DNA of 64,000 bases from Octopus sinensis (Eukaryota): positions 35,154,001 to 35,218,000 of the forward strand of contig NC_043015.1 of the NCBI RefSeq assembly GCF_006345805.1. Direction: 5' to 3'. Numbering within the stretch: the stretch's first letter is position 1; each line of letters opens with the position of its first letter. The notes beneath the pieces were generated by a model. It saw only the letters and a list, made by a program, of their open reading frames with translations. It ran no database searches and was not told the origin of the DNA. The position numbers and the translations under genes are program-made. Below are positions 60,476 through 64,000 of this stretch, piece after piece.

Positions 60476-61334
60476 GGGGATTATGCTGAAAAATAAGCCT
60501 CATTTGGTTACATTTCATGAGTATCTTTGTCAGCCTAAGAAAATTTCAGCCTACCTTCACAGCATCCATGTTTCCCTTTAATCATCCTTTCTTACTATTA
60601 AAAAAAGGACAAATTAGATAACACAATCCATGTTACACAGTAGCAGAAGAAGTTGGGAGGATTACACCTTTGATCATGGATTTACTCAACCAAGGTGAAC
60701 TTGTAGTGGTTTATTAGAGTCTACCATACATGTCTACCTTGTTCCCATCAATATATATAGGTGAGCCAACAACTGAGCTTCTAGGTGGTCATTCAATCTG
60801 CTATAAATAACAGCCAGAGTCTCATCAACACTCCACCATCTTAATAAAGAGAATATACAGTTCTGATGGCAACACCATATATAATGTGAGATGGGATGGT
60901 CAAATGGACATATGTATATACTCAGAACATGAGTATATACACATATATACAATGTAAGATGGGATGAGTTGAAATGTTTTGATCATACATCAACTTAGTT
61001 GTAGTTGATCTGGGATTAAGCAGCAACAACCACTTCCAGTGACTTCGAGGGCCACCTCCCAGTGGTGTTGGGCGTCAACAAAGAGCCCTTGACCACAACA
61101 AGACCAAAGTTTTTTTTTTTTTCCAAGGTCTGGGGTCTCCCGCCCCTAAGCCCTAGATCATCACCTAATCACCCTTAGCCGTCTTGCTGCTTAACAACAA
61201 TAACAACAATCACCAAAATCCCCATGCTAACAGTCCCCACCACCACCACCACCATCTTTGCAATAACAGTAACAACAATAATATTATGAATTCAAGTTTA
61301 ACATTTCGTGGCAGTATTTTTCAATAATACTCAC

Positions 61335-61436
61335 TTCAATATCTTTAGGTTCATCTTCATCTTCATCATCACTTTCACAGCCATCATTAATCTTATAATC
61401 ATATATTAATCCTGAATCAGGTATTTTAATTTCAAT
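61335..61436 (-). CDS. DNAH1: Dynein heavy chain exon (102 nt, phase 0-0): IEIKIPDSGLIYDYKINDGCESDDEDEDEPKDIE
   Basis: Acceptor ttttcag, donor gtgagt; GL(I/V)YDY motif plus acidic loop preceding AAA3; in frame with the next exon. Confidence 0.85.
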
Positions 61437-61496
61437 CTGAAAATATAATATAAATATAAATTATTTACAACTATAATTTCTACACACACACACACA

Positions 61497-61715
61497 CCAT
61501 CATCATCATCAACATCATCATTTAATGTCTATCTTCGTCAATGCATGGGTAGGATGGTTGACAGAAGCCAGCCAGGTAGAAGACTACCTCGGGCTACTGT
61601 GTCTGTTTTGGCAGGCTTTTTAAGGTTGGATGCACTTCCTAACGCCAACCACTCCACAGAGATGAATGAGTGCTTTTTACATGACACCAGCACAGGTGAG
61701 GTCAACTTTTGGCAT
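61497..61715 (-). mobile_element. Old RTE 3'-tail fragment, 60 nt from an exon acceptor
   Basis: (CAT)n...ttggatgcacttcctaacgccaaccactcc. Confidence 0.6.
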
Positions 61716-62715
61716 GCTTGTTACAGCTGGAGAATGGTAGTTCTCATGTGTACAATACATTGTCACACTATGCAATGTGAGAAAGTGCTCCAGAAAAGTT
61801 AACAACGAATCTTTAAAAAAATCTCCCCACCAAAGTTAACAAAGAATTTAACACTTTTACAAACCAAACTGTAAAATTATATTATTAAAAAATTAACTTG
61901 ATTAGAACTATCAGCGAAGTCATTCTTTTCCTTTTTCAAATACACACATACACACATACATAATGATATATATATATATATTTGTGAGAAATACCTAATG
62001 ATTTCAAGTACTTGAAGGTGTTCCACTTCATATAATTTACTTTTTAAATTATTCAATAAAAGCTCTCATTCAACATGAGTTCTCATTAACATTTATTTTT
62101 TACAGTCAAAAGTTCATTCTGATGTCTTTTTTGTTTCATAATAATCAACTTATGTTTTTATGCTCATAAATTCTGATGGCCAAATTAATTTTCTCCTTTG
62201 TCTCATTGGTAAATCTCATTGGTAAATAATATATATAATATACAATGTGTCACCAATATATAGTTAATCTGCTATATGTATTTGCATGTGCACTTATCCC
62301 ACTATTAGTTATTCTACATCATATATTCCACTATTACCTTTTATACTTACTGAGATGTATCATGCATTCAAATTGGGCCTATTTACTTTTTACATTGCTT
62401 GAATGTATTTCTTGATTTAAGCAGAAGACAAAAAAAGAAAAGGAAGAAAAAGAGAAATAATTTAAAATTACAGATTGAAAATTCAGAAGGCCAAAATGTG
62501 TTGGTGCCCCCCCCCCCCTTGTCTATACAAATAATATTATTCTTCAGGAACTTTTGCAGTGAAAGTGAATAATGAACCCTATTATGTAGCTTTTGTATGA
62601 GAATGTGTTAAGTATGTTGCAAATGTGCAGCTTTTGTATAAACTAAATCTGTTGCCTCTTGAAGATGTATGCAAGCTGTTTATGAGATCATGTACCATAT
62701 GTAAATATGTATATA

Positions 62716-63266
62716 TAGATGTTTTCGATCTAGCTTGGATTCTTTGCCATCAAGTTTGAATTCTTTGCAATCAAATTTAAATTTTTCAATTGGTGCTCAA
62801 GCCTTGAAAAACAAAAAAGAGTTAAACTACATCAGCCGTAAAGGAATACATGTCTGTCTTATCTAACTGGTCCAGTAGAGCCCACCAATTGATATCTGAA
62901 AAGTTCGATAAAATAACTCATGAACACTGCGATAGCTTCTACCAAAAGATGCTCCGTTATGTCGACCAGTCTGAACAAGGGGAGATAATAGAAAAAGAAT
63001 CATTTGTTTATGATCTTCCCTTGTTCAGACTGGTCGACGACGTAACTATGTTGCATCTTTTGGTAGAAGCTATCGCAGTGTTCATGAGTTATTTCACCGA
63101 ACTTTTCAGATATCAATTGGTGGGCTCTACTGGATGAGTTAGATAAAATAGACATGTATTCTTTTATGGCTGATATAGTTTAGCTCTCTTTTTTTTCAAG
63201 GCTTGAGCTCCAATTGAAAAATTCAAATTTGATTGCAAAGAATCCAAACTAGATCGAAAACATCTA
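62716..63266. mobile_element. Long palindromic MITE copy 2 (551 bp, TA-flanked)
   Basis: Same termini and same internal asymmetry as 56507-57040, with a short duplication in the left arm. Confidence 0.92.
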
Positions 63267-63369
63267 TAATTTAATTTGATTATTTCCCTATAAGCAACTT
63301 TCAACATGTGCACCTTTCAACAATACCTCCTTACATTGGGTACAGTTAGGAGCTCCAAACTTACACCTT

Positions 63370-64000
63370 TTCTGCATATCAAAGTCCATGTCACTGCAGT
63401 TCTGTTCTCTTTTCTACATGCTTACACCTAATTCACTGCAAAGTTTACCTGAAGGCCTCTCACTTTTAGATTTCCCTTTCGTGCCTGGAATTTCTTCTCT
63501 TATACGTCTATAGATTCAGGTATAAGAACTAGATCATCTGGGTATCGAAGTTCCTAATAGTATCAGGTCTCAAACTATCTTGTGTTGGCTTGAAAGACTA
63601 TGATGAATAGGTGGGACTGAGGACTGAACCTTGCTCAATTCGTCACTGAACTCAATCTTGACTCTTACATCTTTGCATTTAGCTTGTACAACCCTCACAA
63701 GCCATCCCTCTACACCTAGTTTCCTTAATGCCTATGCCCAGATTATAGAGCATGACACCTTGTGAAATGCTTCCTTCAAGTCAACAATAGCAGATATAAT
63801 ATTTTATATTTAACCAAGTATTTCTCCTGCAAATGTTTCACCAAAAAGTTTAGATTTTTGGCACCTCTCTTTGGGGCATAAAACTGAACTACATTTCTCT
63901 GAGGTTAACTCTAACCTTGACCCATTGCACAGTAATCCTTTTCTTGACCTTCAATCCTAAGCCAGGAACTCGATGCCCCTAAATTTCTTTCTCTCTCATG
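63370..64000 (-). mobile_element. Old RTE RT fragment running off the window end
   Basis: Minus-strand remnants of QF.FMP, LQEKYL.K.K.LYL..VDLKEAF.KV, LRKLGVEGWLVR.VQA. Confidence 0.65.

Larger units (their letters stand above)
6547..61436 (-). other. DNAH1: Partial multi-exon gene: axonemal inner-arm dynein heavy chain (DNAH1-like), AAA2/AAA3 junction through AAA4; gene extends beyond both window ends
   Basis: Ten exons with canonical GT-AG boundaries and matching intron phases splice into 1688 nt of uninterrupted frame. Motifs [89 protein letters not shown]. The GR P-loop in AAA4 fits single-headed inner-arm chains; the acidic loop and SKNYG..EW motif match my recollection of DNAH1. Confidence 0.9.

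Noticed and set aside
1399-64000. Apparent bias of long RTE copies to be antisense to the host gene
   Set aside because: The split is roughly 6 antisense to 4 sense, too few to distinguish from chance.

Overview
Eukaryotic, AT-rich, microsatellite-rich genomic DNA, probably from an octopus. That assignment is inferred from the SINE/RTE repertoire and was not searched. The whole window lies inside one minus-strand gene, an axonemal inner-arm dynein heavy chain (DNAH1-like). I traced 10 consecutive GT-AG exons (61436 down to 6547, 1688 nt) that join in one open frame across AAA3 ([12 protein letters not shown]) and AAA4 (GMGGSGRQ); the gene continues beyond both window edges. The introns (1.6-12 kb) are packed with transposable elements: several RTE-clade LINE copies (one near full length, all with a PHD-like C4HC3 finger in the RT thumb and a tandem-repeat 3' UTR), many free RTE-tail fragments, tRNA-derived SINEs, fragments of RTEX, CR1, R4/Dong and Penelope elements, composite Helitrons, a Tc1/mariner remnant and several foldback MITEs. 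The most interesting signals are a tRNA-headed SINE ending in a Penelope-type minimal hammerhead ribozyme (plus a second, headless copy), an inverted RTE pair that could loop out almost the entire 12-kb intron, twin palindromic MITEs bracketing an in-frame exon, and convergent chimeric Helitrons. Exon coordinates were read base by base; most repeat boundaries are approximate.
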